Made by a program: the position numbers and the translations under genes
Part shown: in pieces, positions 35,842 to 36,105 of the stretch
Layout: each line of letters begins with the position of its first letter
Position numbering within the stretch: position 1 is the stretch's first letter
Source: a virus
Lineage: Duplodnaviria > Caudoviricetes
Virus record (IMG/VR): IMGVR_UViG_3300037634_005834
Span: 1-36,105 of that record
Length of the DNA: 36,105 nucleotides
Strand: one strand, 5' to 3'
The notes under the pieces: generated by a model
The model's input: only the letters and a program-made list of their open reading frames with translations
The model's database searches: none
What the model was told of the DNA's origin: nothing

Positions 35842-36104
35842 ATTGTGCCATCTTCCCAATCTTGCTTGAAATTATAATATCTCTTGCGAAACTTCTTGAG
35901 CGAGTTAACAATCTGTTTTGTGTTGAGCCCGGTAATCTCTCGAAGGTATAAATAAATAGCTTTCTTATTAAAAATTTCTATATCTTCTTTTGATTCAAAA
36001 AGTATGATAATTGCCTGATAGACTCTCAAATCATTATCTTTCATTTGCGAAGAATCCCAAGATCGAATCTCCACATAAAAGGATTGCCAAAATTCGTCGT
36101 GTTC
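35838..36104 (-). CDS. C-terminal part of a putative phage sigma-like (late) transcription factor; 5' end lies outside the window
   Basis: The frame is open to the window edge (EHDEFWQSFYVEIRSW...). C-terminal HTH-like segment IFNKKAIYLYLREITGLNTKQIVNSLKKFRKRY, which I recall from sigma-like proteins of large phages; not verified by search. Confidence 0.45.
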   Translation of the reverse strand, partial: EHDEFWQSFYVEIRSWDSSQMKDNDLRVYQAIIILFESKEDIEIFNKKAIYLYLREITGLNTKQIVNSLKKFRKRYYNFKQDWEDGTI

Positions 36105-36105
36105 T

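Larger units (their letters stand above)
1..36105 (-). other. Baseplate/tail-tip late gene module of a large contractile-tailed (myovirus-like) bacteriophage
   Basis: About 19 co-oriented, tightly packed or overlapping minus-strand genes, including gp25-like, gp6/J-like and gp7-like proteins, flanked by RuvC-like and sigma-like genes. No host housekeeping genes and no integrase are visible. Confidence 0.9.

Noticed and set aside
816-35951. Numerous short plus-strand and alternative-frame ORFs in the ORF track
   Set aside because: They lie within or across long minus-strand genes and lack recognisable motifs; they are most likely antisense or out-of-frame shadows.

Overview
The window is a dense, single-strand (all minus) late/structural module of a large tailed dsDNA bacteriophage with a contractile (myovirus-type) tail. 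In transcription order (right to left) it contains: the 3' end of a putative sigma-like late transcription factor; a small helical protein; two tandem paralogs that share an N-terminal domain but carry different enzymes (an SGNH esterase and a lysozyme/transglycosylase-like domain); a putative gp5C-like spike; a 2284-aa acidic protein; a gp25-like wedge protein; a gp6/baseplate-J-like protein; a DNRLRE-like protein; a 3069-aa gp7-like wedge protein with LamG domains; several uncharacterised virion proteins, including four with tail-fibre-attachment-like motifs; and the 5' part of a RuvC-like resolvase missed by the ORF track. I saw no tRNA, rRNA, CRISPR array or mobile element. The most interesting signals are: (1) an apparently split and duplicated gp5 carrying alternative envelope-degrading enzymes; (2) a [ST]-[GAS]-S tripeptide concentrated in four virion proteins, a candidate glycosylation sequon; (3) strong, frame-independent over-representation of GGCGCC and GCCGGC; (4) a fibre-attachment domain whose two halves appear on different genes; (5) a shared intergenic late-promoter-like motif. 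All family calls come from motif recognition by eye and all counts are manual; no database search was run.
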